Shown one piece after another: positions 1 through 10,150 of a stretch of 62,047 nt of DNA. The position numbers and the translations under genes were made by a program. The first letter of the stretch is position 1, and each line of letters starts with the position of its first letter. The stretch is taken from NCBI GenBank assembly GCA_049520815.1, contig JBEKPL010000004.1:1-62047 (forward strand), read 5' to 3'. The notes beneath the pieces are model-generated. The model saw nothing but the letters and a program-made list of their open reading frames with translations, ran no database searches and was not told where the DNA came from. This stretch comes from Candidatus Limnocylindrales bacterium. Lineage in GTDB: Bacteria; Chloroflexota; Limnocylindria; Limnocylindrales; CSP1-4.

Positions 1-171
1 GCGGTCACGTCGGACGACGCCTACCGCCTGGAGCTGGAGAACATCAGCGCCGCGATCCTGGGCGAAGGGCAACCGCTGCTCGGCCGGGACGATGCCCTGG
101 GCCAGGCCCGCACGATCGACGCGCTCTACCGCTCGGCGGCGACCGGCGCGGCGGTCTCGCTGGGCGCCTGA
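1..171 (+). CDS. 3' end of a Gfo/Idh/MocA-family oxidoreductase (partial, runs off window)
   Basis: Frame 1 reads AVTSDDAYRLELENISAAILGEGQPLLGRDDALGQARTIDALYRSAATGAAVSLGA*, a typical C-terminus for this family. TGA at 169-171. Confidence 0.6.
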   Translation, partial: AVTSDDAYRLELENISAAILGEGQPLLGRDDALGQARTIDALYRSAATGAAVSLGA

Positions 172-189
172 ACGGAGGAGGACCCGGGC

Positions 190-630
190 ATGGCCGCCGG
201 ACCGGAAGCCATCTACCAGCCGCTCGCATCCCCGAAGGGGGCCTGGGCGGCCGAGCATCTGGCGATCGACGTCGTCGGCTGGCTGACGACCGTTGCCGCC
301 GATGGCCGGGTCCAGAGCTCGCCCATCTCGTTCCTGTGGGACGGTGAGTCGATCCTCTTCTACAGCAAGCCCGCCACGCCGAAGCTGGCGAACATCGCCG
401 CGCATCCTCAGGTTTCGTTCAACCTGAACTCGGACGCATACGCGGACCACGCCCTGGTCATCGAGAGCATCGCCGCGGTGGACGACTCGGTCCCGCCGTC
501 GGACGTCCACCCGGCCTACGCGGCCAAGTACCACGCCCCGCTGGCGCACTGGAAGATGGATGAGGCCGAGACGGCCCGCGAGTTCTCGGTGCCGGTCCGG
601 ATCACGCCCGTTCGAATCAGGGCCTGGTAG
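190..630 (+). CDS. PPOX-class (pyridoxamine 5'-phosphate oxidase-like), probably F420-dependent oxidoreductase (Rv3369-like)
   Basis: GGAGGAG RBS. Motifs GWLTTVAADGRVQSSPISFLWDG, KLANIAAHPQVSFNL and EFSVPVRITP. Confidence 0.8.
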   Translation: MAAGPEAIYQPLASPKGAWAAEHLAIDVVGWLTTVAADGRVQSSPISFLWDGESILFYSKPATPKLANIAAHPQVSFNLNSDAYADHALVIESIAAVDDSVPPSDVHPAYAAKYHAPLAHWKMDEAETAREFSVPVRITPVRIRAW

Positions 631-1654
631 GTCCCGGGTTCGAGTTGGAGCTCGGGCTCGGGGCTCCCGACGCGAGCCGCCGCCTCTCGAACACCCGCCA
701 TGCCGCCAGGCTGACCAGCGGGTTGCTCCGGCGCGTACCTGCGGGGCCCCAGTCGGCGAAGCTCCCGCGACTGACGATCGTGTCGGCCTTCCTGGCGTTG
801 GCTTCTTCCAGCGGGAAGCCACCGTCTGGGAGCCGCTTGGACTCGAGAAGGCGCAGCGCATCCGTGCAGCGTTCGTCGCCGATCCGCCCCACCTCGGCCA
901 TGACCTCCAGGGCGAAGAGGACGTCGTAGAACTGCGCCGGGAAGTGGATCCGGTCGACGCGACCGCCCCAGTCCGGCTCGATGAGCTGCCCGTCCCGGTG
1001 CCGCCACAGCAGCCGGCGCGACAGGAGCAGCTCCGCCGCGCGCGCTGCCGCTTCCAGGGCAGGGGCGTCTCCGTAGCGCTGGCCGAACGCCCCCAGTGCC
1101 CGCACCGGAATGGCCGTCTCCTGGAACGACGAGACCGCCGCCGTCGCGCGATCGTCGCAGTTCCAGCCGCCGTCCGGCCACTGCCAGCGGACCAGCCTCT
1201 CCGCGAGCCGGGCCGTGCGCCCGTCGTCAAGCCCGAGCCGGATCGAGTACCAGATCGCGTTCCCCTCCATGGATGCGCAGAAGCGGGCTCTCGACTCCTG
1301 GCCGGCGGGCGTCCGACGGCCGGGCAGCTCGCGCGCCAGGAGCCACGCGTACACCTGGTCCATGATCGGCTGCAGGGACCCGTCTCCCGGCGGGTAGTCG
1401 ATGAGTGCCAGCGAGACCAGGGTCCAGTGCGGCCCCTGCCACTTCCTGTAGGGGTGGGGTCGAATGGTCCCGTCCGGCTCCCGGCCGCTGAGCAACGCCC
1501 GAGCCATCGGCGAGGTGGCGATACGGCTGCGAAGGGCCCGCGCCTCCTCGGAGCCTTCCTGCAGCCCGGCAAGGGGCCAGGCCGTCAGGAGGCGCGCCTT
1601 GTAGGCGAGCATCGGGTCGTCCGATGCGGCCAGCCGGGCCAGGAGACCGTCCAA
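617..1654 (-). CDS. Hypothetical protein with prenyltransferase/squalene-cyclase-like (QW/DGGW) repeats
   Basis: Motifs QWPDGGWNC, RLPDGGFP and HPYRKWQGPHW. Start moved to TTG 1654 behind GAGGAG, because the ORF-track N-terminus is only the tRNA fragment. Confidence 0.55.
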   Translation of the reverse strand: MDGLLARLAASDDPMLAYKARLLTAWPLAGLQEGSEEARALRSRIATSPMARALLSGREPDGTIRPHPYRKWQGPHWTLVSLALIDYPPGDGSLQPIMDQVYAWLLARELPGRRTPAGQESRARFCASMEGNAIWYSIRLGLDDGRTARLAERLVRWQWPDGGWNCDDRATAAVSSFQETAIPVRALGAFGQRYGDAPALEAAARAAELLLSRRLLWRHRDGQLIEPDWGGRVDRIHFPAQFYDVLFALEVMAEVGRIGDERCTDALRLLESKRLPDGGFPLEEANARKADTIVSRGSFADWGPAGTRRSNPLVSLAAWRVFERRRLASGAPSPSSNSNPGPTRP

Positions 1655-1672
1655 AGGGCCACTCCTCGCAAG

Positions 1673-1728
<56 letters not shown>

Positions 1729-2057
1729 TCTAGGCCCCGGTGTTCGCGGGCGTTCGCCGAAGACATCGAGGTCCGCTGTGACCGCAGTCGCCAGCAATGT
1801 CCTCTTGAGATCCGAGCGCCACCCGCCAGCATCGGCAAACCCGAGACCGCAGGAAGTGGCGTGGCTGTGGGGTGGCGGCCAGGCCAACCACGCGGATGTC
1901 GGGTGGCGATCCGGGCGATCTACTAGCCCGCCACGCGACTTGGAGGAGCCGTCACTCCACGAAACCCAGGGCAGGCCAAAGCCTCCATCAAACCCAGGGC
2001 GGTGAAAATCGTGAAGGGGGCCGAGGCCGCCGTTCCGCAAACCTGGTTGGTGAGATC

Positions 2058-2189
2058 TCAGAGCATGGGACGGAGCTGGGTGCTCGTGACCCAGAAGTAG
2101 AGAATCCCCATCAACACGACAAGCGCAACGACAACAACGATCGCGACTGCTAGCCGCGCGCGAGGCGCGGCTAGCCAGGTTCGCCACAT
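2058..2189 (-). CDS. 43-aa single-pass membrane small protein
   Basis: MWRTWLAAPRARLAVAIVVVVALVVLMGILYFWVTSTQLRPML*. GGAGG lies 8 nt before the ATG. Basic N-terminus plus one hydrophobic helix. Below the ORF-track cutoff. Confidence 0.6.
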   Translation of the reverse strand: MWRTWLAAPRARLAVAIVVVVALVVLMGILYFWVTSTQLRPML

Positions 2190-2261
2190 GCCACAGACCT
2201 CCGAGATGCGCTACGACTATGGCGTCCTACTGGGATCCAAGTACATTCACGCTTGGAATGT

Positions 2262-2347
2262 TGGCGGAGAGGGTGGGATTCGAACCCACGGATCTTTCGA
2301 TCAGCGGTTTTCAAGACCGCCGCATTAGACCGCTCTGCCACCTCTCC
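2262..2347 (-). tRNA. tRNA-Ser (anticodon UGA)
   Basis: GGAGAGGTGGCAGAGCGGTCTAATGCGGCGGTCTTGAAAACCGCTGATCGAAAGATCCGTGGGTTCGAATCCCACCCTCTCCGCCA. Cloverleaf with long variable arm, G73 and encoded CCA. Confidence 0.97.
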
Positions 2348-2538
2348 GCTGCGCCAGCCGATGCTACCAGCCCCGCCCGAGCCGGTGCACTCACAGCAAG
2401 CTTGCGCGGTGCGCGACCGCGCTGGAGGAATCTGCCGGCCACCGAGCACCGCTACGGTCTTTGCCGAGGAAGGCGCACGGCACGAGGCCCGGCCGGACGG
2501 CCGGGCCTCGTACGCTGTCATGACGGGAGGAGGAGCTG

Positions 2539-3633
2539 CTAGTTCGTCCAGCTCCCGCGGCCGGTCACCAGGTCGTAGCCGATCAGGGCCGACGCCCCGT
2601 TGTTGCCGGACGTGATGTCCCGGAACGAGATGTTGCTGCCGTACACGTAGCTGCTGTTCACGGCCACGCTGCCCACAGCCGAGCGGGCGGCGATCATCGG
2701 CGAGGACGCGCTTGTCCCGCCGACAGTCCACCAGCCCCTCCGGCCCTGGTACGACGTGCTGTCGTAGACCGAGACGCCGGAGTTCGGGTCGGCGTCGAGG
2801 GAGACGTCAGGCGTGGCTCGCTTGCCGGCGCAGTTCACCTGGCCGTACTGCGAGAAGCTCGACTGAGCGGACGTCGCCGTCTCGTACGCGCTGCAGCCGC
2901 CGCCCGAGCCGCTCCAGCCGGTCTCGGAGTTCAGGCTGCCGTCGGCGTTGAACTTGAGCGACGTGCCGCCGACCGAGATGACGTTCGGCGAGGCCGACGG
3001 GTACTCGGCAGGCGTGCCCGCGTCGCCCGAGGAGACGAAGAAGCTCACGCCCGAATGGACGAAGTGCGAGTCATAGCTGGACTCGCCGCTGAATTCGTTG
3101 CCGCCCCAGCTGTTGGAGACGAACTGGGCGTGTGCCGCGGCATAGTCCTCGGCCGCGAGCAGGTTGGTGAAGCTGGCCGAGCTGGCCTCGACGAGCAGTA
3201 TCTTCGCGCCGGGCGCGATCGCATGAGCCCACTGGATATCCAGGCTGATCTCGAGCGCCCAGCCGGAATTCGCGCGAGGATACTTTGTGCCGCCGGTCTG
3301 GTTGACCTTCGTGAAGCAGCCGTTCGCGGTGGTGCATGCCGGCAGTCCGTACTGGCTGCTGAAGACGCTGAGATCCGACGCCGCAGTCGGGTCGTCATAG
3401 GCGTCGACGATCGCGATCGTCGTGCCGGCACCGGAGCTCGTGCTGGTCGGGAAGTTGTAGACGCTCTTGATCGTCGCCGGCGAGAGCCCTGTCGGGGACG
3501 CGGAGGCGTTCGGCTTGACGTGCAGGGGATGGGTTGCGTAGCGCTCCACCGGCGCGCCGGCAAGCGCGCTCCCCGGAACCGCGAGACTGATGCCCATGAG
3601 TGTTCCAAGGGCGAGTGTCGTGAGTCTTCGCAC
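2539..3633 (-). CDS. Secreted S53 (sedolisin/kumamolisin-like) serine peptidase
   Basis: Signal peptide. EISLD (Glu/Asp), SNSWG, SSGDAG, GGTSASSP (Ser nucleophile) and C-terminal YDLVTGRGS. Confidence 0.88.
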   Translation of the reverse strand: MRRLTTLALGTLMGISLAVPGSALAGAPVERYATHPLHVKPNASASPTGLSPATIKSVYNFPTSTSSGAGTTIAIVDAYDDPTAASDLSVFSSQYGLPACTTANGCFTKVNQTGGTKYPRANSGWALEISLDIQWAHAIAPGAKILLVEASSASFTNLLAAEDYAAAHAQFVSNSWGGNEFSGESSYDSHFVHSGVSFFVSSGDAGTPAEYPSASPNVISVGGTSLKFNADGSLNSETGWSGSGGGCSAYETATSAQSSFSQYGQVNCAGKRATPDVSLDADPNSGVSVYDSTSYQGRRGWWTVGGTSASSPMIAARSAVGSVAVNSSYVYGSNISFRDITSGNNGASALIGYDLVTGRGSWTN

Positions 3634-3701
3634 GCGCAGATCCTCCCAATGCGCTTAGCTCGCTCACGGAGGGTGGAGCGAGATTCGCGCTCAATCGAGG
3701 G

Positions 3702-3730
3702 ATCGTATATATGAGTGCGCGGCTCTGCAA
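3702..3730 (-). promoter_or_regulatory. Sigma70-type promoter for the S53 peptidase
   Basis: TTGCAG-N17-TACGAT on the minus strand. Confidence 0.5.
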
Positions 3731-3826
3731 CTCCGTCGCCGAGGACGAGCCGGCGGTTGTGCCAGGCGATACTCCCGGGCCTGCGGGACGAGGGATGCGC
3801 GGCCCTCCCGAAGCGAGGGCCCGTTT

Positions 3827-5869
3827 CTAGGCCACGCGTCGCAGCGAGACGGGGCGGTGGGATCCGGTCGAGTCGTACGGCGTCTCGAGCCGGAACTGCG
3901 CCACGAGGGTGTCCAGCTCGCCGGCCATTCGAGCCAGCTCGGCAGCGGAGATCACCACTTCCTCGACCTGGGCCGACATCTCTTCCGTGGAGGCGGACAC
4001 CTCCTCGGCCGAAGCGGAGTTCTGCTCGCTAATGGCCGCGATCGACTCCATCGATTGACCCGCCTCCGAGATGGAGCCTGCCATTCGCGCGGCCGCGCCA
4101 TTCGTCGTCGCGGCGATGGCGGCGATGGCATCGGACGCGGCCATCACGGCGGCCGAGGACTGGCGCATGGCCTCCATAGCGGTGCCGATGTTGGAGACGG
4201 CGGCCCGAGTCGCATTGACCGCCCCCTCGATCTCGTCCAGGGCGGCGCCAGAGCGTCCGGCCAGCTCGGCACCATCCACGACTTCGCGCGCACCAACCTG
4301 CATCGCCTTGACGGCCTCCTGGGTCCCCGCCTGGACCTCGGCGACGAGATCGGCGATCTCCTTGGTGGCCCGAGACGAGCGCTCTGCCAGCTTGCGGACC
4401 TCGTCCGCCACCACGGCGAAGCCCTTGCCCTGTTCTCCGGCCCGGGCAGCCTCGATGGCCGCGTTCAGGGCAAGCAGATTGGTCTGCTCGGCGATGTCGT
4501 CGATCGTCTCGACGATTGCTCCGATCTGGTCTGACTTGGCCCCGAGGTCGGTCACCCTGGCGGAGGCCCCTTCCACCGCCGTCTTGATGCGGCTCATTCC
4601 GTCGACGGTCTGGCGAACGGCCAGCCGGCCGTTGTCGGCCGCAGCGGCAGTGGCCTCGGTCGTGCGGGTCACTTCATCAGACGCCTGCGACGTCTGGCCG
4701 ATGGCCGCGGCCATGTGCGCCAGCGAGCCGGACGCCGCGTCCGCCCTGGCACTGCTCTCCATCGCGCCCGACCGGACTTCGTCGGCCACGGCGGTCAGTT
4801 CCTGGACGAGGCCCGCGGTTGCCGACGATGCCTGGGCCTGGTCCGAGGCACCGGCCGCGACCTGGCCGATCGTGGTCGCGATCTGGCCGATCGCCTGGCC
4901 GGCCTGGTTGGCAGCCGACTTCATCTCGTGGCTGGCCTTGGATACCGACGCGGCGGCCTCCTTCACCGTTCGGAGAGTGGCCGTCATGTTCGTTCGCGCC
5001 GTCTGGTAGGACGCCATAGCGGCGATGACCCGTTCCAGCATCGCGTTCGCGGCGGTCGCCGTCTGGCCGATCTCATCGCTCCCTGGATTGGGGATCGGGA
5101 CCGTCTCAGGCTGGGAGCGGAAGGTCAGGTCGTTGGCGGCAAATGCGCTCAGTCCTGACTCCATGGCCGCGATCTCGTTGCCGGACACGGACTGCACGAG
5201 CCTGAGGACCCGCTTCGCGTCCGCAGCCATGCGGCGGCTGAAGAGGAGTGCGAGGCCGAGGGCCAGGGCGAGCGCAGCGGCTATCACGGCCACCAGGGTC
5301 TCGACCATCCGAGCCGCACTGTCAGCCTGGGCAGCGGCCCGGCTTGCGGCAAGCGCGCTCAGCTCGGCCGACAAATCGACGAGAGCCACGCGGGCCGATT
5401 CATCCTGGCCATGCATGACCGCGTATGCGCCGGCCTGGTTGAAGCCGGCAGGGCCGGCAAGCAGGGGCAGAGCATTGGCGAAGGCATCGTTGTAGGTTCG
5501 ATAGCCGGCCGCGAAGGAGTCCAGGCTGGCCTCCGCTTTCGGATCTCCGATCGCCCCGACCTCGATCTTCAGCGCATCGAATCCTTCGGCCACATTTGCG
5601 CCGTCAGCCCGGTAGACCGCTAGGTACGTGCCGTACAGGGCCGCATCCGACCCTCGCAGCAGTAGCTCCTGCAGATCGCCCTGCTGGAGCTGGAAGGCGG
5701 ACAGGAGCTGGCTGGCATGCAACGCGGCGGTATCCGCGTTTTCGACGTCGGTGGAGAAGGTTCGCACGGCGGCGTCGAACTGGAAGAGCGTGGCTGCGCA
5801 GGTCAGGGTCATCAGCGCCGTGGTGCCGAGGATCGCCACCAGAAGCTTCGACCGGATTGAGAGACCCAT
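3827..5869 (-). CDS. Methyl-accepting chemotaxis protein
   Basis: Two TM helices around a periplasmic sensor, a HAMP-like segment, and the signalling hairpin [40 protein letters not shown]. Start set at [10 protein letters not shown]. Confidence 0.93.
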   Translation of the reverse strand: MGLSIRSKLLVAILGTTALMTLTCAATLFQFDAAVRTFSTDVENADTAALHASQLLSAFQLQQGDLQELLLRGSDAALYGTYLAVYRADGANVAEGFDALKIEVGAIGDPKAEASLDSFAAGYRTYNDAFANALPLLAGPAGFNQAGAYAVMHGQDESARVALVDLSAELSALAASRAAAQADSAARMVETLVAVIAAALALALGLALLFSRRMAADAKRVLRLVQSVSGNEIAAMESGLSAFAANDLTFRSQPETVPIPNPGSDEIGQTATAANAMLERVIAAMASYQTARTNMTATLRTVKEAAASVSKASHEMKSAANQAGQAIGQIATTIGQVAAGASDQAQASSATAGLVQELTAVADEVRSGAMESSARADAASGSLAHMAAAIGQTSQASDEVTRTTEATAAAADNGRLAVRQTVDGMSRIKTAVEGASARVTDLGAKSDQIGAIVETIDDIAEQTNLLALNAAIEAARAGEQGKGFAVVADEVRKLAERSSRATKEIADLVAEVQAGTQEAVKAMQVGAREVVDGAELAGRSGAALDEIEGAVNATRAAVSNIGTAMEAMRQSSAAVMAASDAIAAIAATTNGAAARMAGSISEAGQSMESIAAISEQNSASAEEVSASTEEMSAQVEEVVISAAELARMAGELDTLVAQFRLETPYDSTGSHRPVSLRRVA

Positions 5870-5952
5870 GCAAACCTGCTCCGTCCAGCGCAGCTGCCCC
5901 AGAGCAAGAGCGGAACGCATCCATCCGCAGGGCTCGACAGCGCTCGAGTGGG

Positions 5953-5979
5953 GGATCGGCGATCGGCGGCGAAGCTTGA
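5953..5979 (-). promoter_or_regulatory. Sigma28 (FliA/WhiG-type) promoter upstream of the MCP
   Basis: TCAAG-N14-GCCGATCC, about 85 nt upstream of the MCP start. Confidence 0.7.
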
Positions 5980-6052
5980 TCGGTCTCAGGGATCCGGCAC
6001 GGAGGCTCGCTGCCACGGGCACACGGCCCGGGACCCCGCGCGAGACGGGTGG

Positions 6053-6152
6053 CCGCCGCTCCCGGGTCCGCAACGCCCCTCGCCGGGTTAGCGGCGCCCC
6101 TCCCGGGTCCGAGGCACACCTCCCGGGTCCACGGCGCCCCCCCCCGGATTAG
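6053..6152. repeat. Degenerate ~20-bp tandem repeat (about 5 units)
   Basis: CTCCCGGGTCC at 6059, 6100 and 6120, alternating with ...CCGG(G/A)TTAGCGG units. Confidence 0.55.
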
Positions 6153-6982
6153 CGGATGAACTCCCCGGCCGGACCGTCGACTTTGATCACGGATTTGATG
6201 TCGGCCCAGGCCACGACCGCACTCGGCGGCCCCGCGTTCGCGCTGGCGATGGCGCCCTGCGACCACGTGAACTCCAGGCCGTCCTTCGTGAAGGCCCAGG
6301 CCTTGTCGAAGAAGCTCATCGGCAAAGAGCCGGCGGGCCACGAAAGGGCGCTTCCGAGCTGCCGGCTCAGCGAGTCCTTCGTCTTGGCCGTGATGATCGG
6401 CAGGGCGGCGGCCGCGCTGGTGAACACGTCGCTCAGGTCTATCGTGGCCCCGGTCGAGACGGTGAAGTTGATGCTCCCCGCCTCCCCTACCGTGGGCGCC
6501 TCGCCGAGAGTGGCCGCCGCCCCGGCGACCTGGGTCAGGACGCTGAACCGCAGGCTGACCAGCGTGGACGAGTTCAGCGCGATCGTGTAGTTGCCCTCCA
6601 GCGTGCTCGGCTTGCCGCCACTCTGCACGGCCGGCAGTGGGCGGGACGTGAAGGCGCTGACGTAGGCGTTCACCCTGGCGGTGATCGCGTCGTTCATCTT
6701 CTTCGCCGTCGAAGCCGAGACTCCGCCGATGACCGGCATCTTGAAGACCACGGTCCAGCGGGAGTCCGGAGCGGTTGGGGAGACGATGGCGTTGGTGATG
6801 GCCGGCGGGGGCGGGCCGGGCGTGGGCGTCTCGCCCGGGCCAAGCGTCCTGGGTGCAGGCGTGATGTAGATGATCGGCGGTGTGGCACTGCTGCCGGCGC
6901 AGCCTGCCGAGGCCACGGCCACGAACACCGCGACGGCTGCCAGGACGCCGCGGCGCATGCTCCGCCTTCCGACCATTCCCAT
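6149..6982 (-). CDS. Lipoprotein with RsiV/PdaC-like (DUF3298/DUF4163-like) domain
   Basis: Lipobox SAGC, Pro/Thr linker, and motifs LVSLRF, NFTVSTGATIDLSDVF and FTKDGLEFTWSQGAIA. GGAGG before ATG 6982. Confidence 0.6.
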   Translation of the reverse strand: MGMVGRRSMRRGVLAAVAVFVAVASAGCAGSSATPPIIYITPAPRTLGPGETPTPGPPPPAITNAIVSPTAPDSRWTVVFKMPVIGGVSASTAKKMNDAITARVNAYVSAFTSRPLPAVQSGGKPSTLEGNYTIALNSSTLVSLRFSVLTQVAGAAATLGEAPTVGEAGSINFTVSTGATIDLSDVFTSAAAALPIITAKTKDSLSRQLGSALSWPAGSLPMSFFDKAWAFTKDGLEFTWSQGAIASANAGPPSAVVAWADIKSVIKVDGPAGEFIR

Positions 6983-7100
6983 CCGATCCTCCATGCCCTG
7001 GGCTCGGCTCGGGCCCACCCCCGGTAGTCGGCTTCCCTCCCGTCCCAGTGGAGGCGCTATCGTGGCAGAAAGTCGGCGGCTCGCCAAGCGCGCGGGAGCC

Positions 7101-8414
7101 CTACCGCGCGACCCGATCCGTGTGCATGTACGGCTGGAGCGCCTCGGGGACGAGCCAGCTGCCGTCGGGCTGCTGATGAGTCTCCAGGATCGCCGCCACC
7201 GTTCGGGCCAGCGCCAGCCCGGAGCCGTTGAGCGTGTGCACGAGCTCGGGCTTTGCGCCGGGTTGGGGTCGATAGCGGATCGCCATCCGGCGGGCCTGGA
7301 AGTCGCGGAAGTTCGAGCAGGAGCTGACCTCCAGCCAGCGCTCGACCCCCGGCGCCCAGACCTCCAGGTCGTACTTCTTGGCCTGGACGAAGCCCATGTC
7401 CTTCGTCGCCATGAGCAGGACCCGATAGGCCACTCCGAGTCGCTGGAGGATCACCTCCGCACGGGCGGTCAGCCACTCGAGCGCTTCGGTCGAGGCCTCC
7501 GGCTTCTCGAAGAAGACCATCTCGACCTTGTCGAACTGGTGGACGCGCAGTATTCCGCGGGTGTCCTTGCCGGCCGCGCCGGCCTCGCGGCGGAAGCAGG
7601 GCGAGTAGGCGACGTAGCGCCGCGGCAGCTGGTCCGCCTCGAAGATCTCGTCGCGATGGAGGTTGGTGACGGGAACTTCGGCGGTAGGAACGAGGTACAG
7701 ATCGTCGCGCGGGACGACGTACATGAGGTCTTCCTTGTCGGGGATCTGGCCGGTGCCACGGGCGGACGCCAAGTTCACCATCGCCGGCGGCCAGATCTCG
7801 GTCATGCCGTGTTCGGCCGTGTGGACGTCCAGCATGAAGTCGATCAGGGAGCGCTGGAGGCGAGACCCTTGGCCGGTGTAGACCGGAAAGCCGGAGCCGC
7901 TGATCTTCGCGCCGCGTTCCAGGTCGAGCATGTGGAGGGCGTCGGCGACCTCCCAGTGCGGCCGGCGCGACCAGGTGGCTCCACCGGCCCCGGCCGCATC
8001 CTTGGGGAGCGGCTCGCCCCAGGTGCGGACGACCCGATTGGCCGAGGCGTCGCCCACGGGGACGTCCGGATCCGCGGGGTTGGGGATGCGCAGCAGCAGC
8101 TCCTCGAGTTGCTGCTCAGTTGCGGCCAGCTCCGCGGCCAGCTTCTCGATCCGTGCGCCGGCGTCGGTGGAAGCCTGCCTCAGAGCCGCGACCTCGGGAC
8201 CGTTGGGCGCGGCGCCGGCCCGGATCGCTTCGCCGATCTTCTTCGAAGCGGCGTTGCGCTCGGCCTTGAGGCGATCCGAATCGCCGAGCAGCTGGCGGCG
8301 CTTGCCCTCGAGGATCAGGGCCGCGTCCACGACCGCGGGGTCCTCGCCCTTGTCGATCGCGCCCTGGCGGATGCGGTCCGGCTCCTCGCGCAGCCTTGCG
8401 AGCCCGATGCTCAT
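7101..8414 (-). CDS. serS: Serine--tRNA ligase
   Basis: N-terminal coiled coil. PTAEVP, CFRREAG, RVHQFDKVE, EVSSCSN and HTLNGSGLA. Confidence 0.98.
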   Translation of the reverse strand: MSIGLARLREEPDRIRQGAIDKGEDPAVVDAALILEGKRRQLLGDSDRLKAERNAASKKIGEAIRAGAAPNGPEVAALRQASTDAGARIEKLAAELAATEQQLEELLLRIPNPADPDVPVGDASANRVVRTWGEPLPKDAAGAGGATWSRRPHWEVADALHMLDLERGAKISGSGFPVYTGQGSRLQRSLIDFMLDVHTAEHGMTEIWPPAMVNLASARGTGQIPDKEDLMYVVPRDDLYLVPTAEVPVTNLHRDEIFEADQLPRRYVAYSPCFRREAGAAGKDTRGILRVHQFDKVEMVFFEKPEASTEALEWLTARAEVILQRLGVAYRVLLMATKDMGFVQAKKYDLEVWAPGVERWLEVSSCSNFRDFQARRMAIRYRPQPGAKPELVHTLNGSGLALARTVAAILETHQQPDGSWLVPEALQPYMHTDRVAR

Positions 8415-8507
8415 GCGATCCTCACTCCCGTTGTTTCCTCCGGCGGCCCGGGCCGCGCAACTGCCGCTGAGTTTAGCGGGGCGGGGCGGTGCCGAGGGAC
8501 GGGCGAA

Positions 8508-10142
8508 CTAGGGCGCCGCTGCCGCCCGCAACCGCGCGACGACGAACCCCGGCTCCAGGCTGGCCAGCAGCCAGCCGGCACGCGGGCCGTTGGTCCGGCC
8601 GAGGAAGGCTGCGTACAACGCCCCGAAAGCGCGGCCGGAGGGGATCTCGCACCCGCCGGCGACGCGGAAGATCAGTGCCTGCCAGGCATCTCCGGAGCCC
8701 GGCTTCTCCGCCTCGGCAGCCGCAGCCAGTGCCCCAAGGTAGCCACGCTGGTCCGGCTCGAGGCTTGCGGCGAGATCCGGTAGCGCGTCGCGGTGAACGA
8801 CCAATCGGGCCCGCTCTGGAGCGTAGGAGTCGAGCCAGGCGCGGGCAGAGGCCGTCCGTTCAGCCAGAATCGCCGTCTCTAGCTCCGTGAGCAGGGCGCC
8901 CTTCTCGGCTGCCATGCGTTCGGGAATGTCCACGCCGGGGATCTGCAGCAGCAGCGCCAGGTGCGCGAAGGCTGGCCGGAAGGCGGCAGCGGCAGCGGCG
9001 ACGTCGGGCGAGACCACGGCAACGGCCGCGGCGACGTCGGGCGACCTGGAGGTAACCGAGCCGCCCACCAGCGAGTAGGCGAAGACGCGCTCGTGGTCGG
9101 CCGGCAGCTCGCCCTTGACGTCGCGCCCGGCGGTGGCAGCGGCGATCCGGTCGAACTCGTCGAAGAGGCGCGGGATCGTGTCGCCCTCAGGGTCGAAGTC
9201 GATGACCTGGCTCGGGCGGGGGCGCAGGAACAGGAAGCGCAGCTGCTCCGGCGGCAGGACCTCGGCGATAGTGTGCGCCGCCGCTCCCTGGCCGCGAGAC
9301 GTGGACATCTTCTTGCCACCGACGTTCAGGAACTCGTAGGCGACGTTGCGCGGCGGCTCGACCTCGAAGACCTCGCGGCTGATCGCGTCGGAGCGGTCGC
9401 GCGAGCCGCCGGCCGTGGCCAGATCCTTGCCGCAGCCCTCGATCGTGACGCCGAGCAGGCCCCACTTGGCCGCCCACTCCAGGTTCCATGGCAGCTTGGC
9501 CCGGCCGCCCAGCGGCGACACGCGGCCCTCATGACCACACCCACGAGCCCACGACACCATGTCCGGCATGCACGCGTAAGCGACCGTCGCTCCGTCCCAG
9601 TCGGTGGCGTAGGTGGTGCCGATCCGGCCGCACTGCTCGCAGATGACCTGGATCGGCAGCCAGCTGCTGGAGCGCTCGACGTGACTGACGCGCCGGTAGA
9701 TGTCGCGCACCCGATCGGCTCGGTCCAGGGCGAGGCGGATGTACGGGTCCATTCGACCGTCCGCGTACAGCTCCGAAACCCAGTAGAACTCGGGCCGGAT
9801 GCCGAGCGGCGCGAACGTCCGAAAGAAGATCTCGCCGACGAAGTGGCGGGCGTAGCTGGCAGCGCTGCTCCCCTCCGGAGCGGGCACGCGGGAAAGGGGC
9901 GCGCCCATGTACCGCTCGACGGCATCCGGGGTCAGCAGCGCCTGCGAATCCATGGCGTCCATGTCGTCGACGCCGTACAGGAACTTCGCCTCCAGGCCGG
10001 CGCCGAGCAGCGCCCGATAGATCGCGTCGTGCAGGACCACGCCACGCAAGCTGCCGACGTGAACCGTCCCCGAGGGCGACTTCGAGTCGTTGACGACCTG
10101 GGGTCCCGCGACCGCGGCAGCTAGCTCGTCGGCCCAGTACAC
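8508..10142 (-). CDS. lysS: Lysine--tRNA ligase, class I
   Basis: YWAD start, PSGTVHVGS (HIGH-like), CxxC, GKDL and KMSTS (KMSKS-like). Confidence 0.95.
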   Translation of the reverse strand: MYWADELAAAVAGPQVVNDSKSPSGTVHVGSLRGVVLHDAIYRALLGAGLEAKFLYGVDDMDAMDSQALLTPDAVERYMGAPLSRVPAPEGSSAASYARHFVGEIFFRTFAPLGIRPEFYWVSELYADGRMDPYIRLALDRADRVRDIYRRVSHVERSSSWLPIQVICEQCGRIGTTYATDWDGATVAYACMPDMVSWARGCGHEGRVSPLGGRAKLPWNLEWAAKWGLLGVTIEGCGKDLATAGGSRDRSDAISREVFEVEPPRNVAYEFLNVGGKKMSTSRGQGAAAHTIAEVLPPEQLRFLFLRPRPSQVIDFDPEGDTIPRLFDEFDRIAAATAGRDVKGELPADHERVFAYSLVGGSVTSRSPDVAAAVAVVSPDVAAAAAAFRPAFAHLALLLQIPGVDIPERMAAEKGALLTELETAILAERTASARAWLDSYAPERARLVVHRDALPDLAASLEPDQRGYLGALAAAAEAEKPGSGDAWQALIFRVAGGCEIPSGRAFGALYAAFLGRTNGPRAGWLLASLEPGFVVARLRAAAAP

Positions 10143-10150
10143 GTGCGGGG

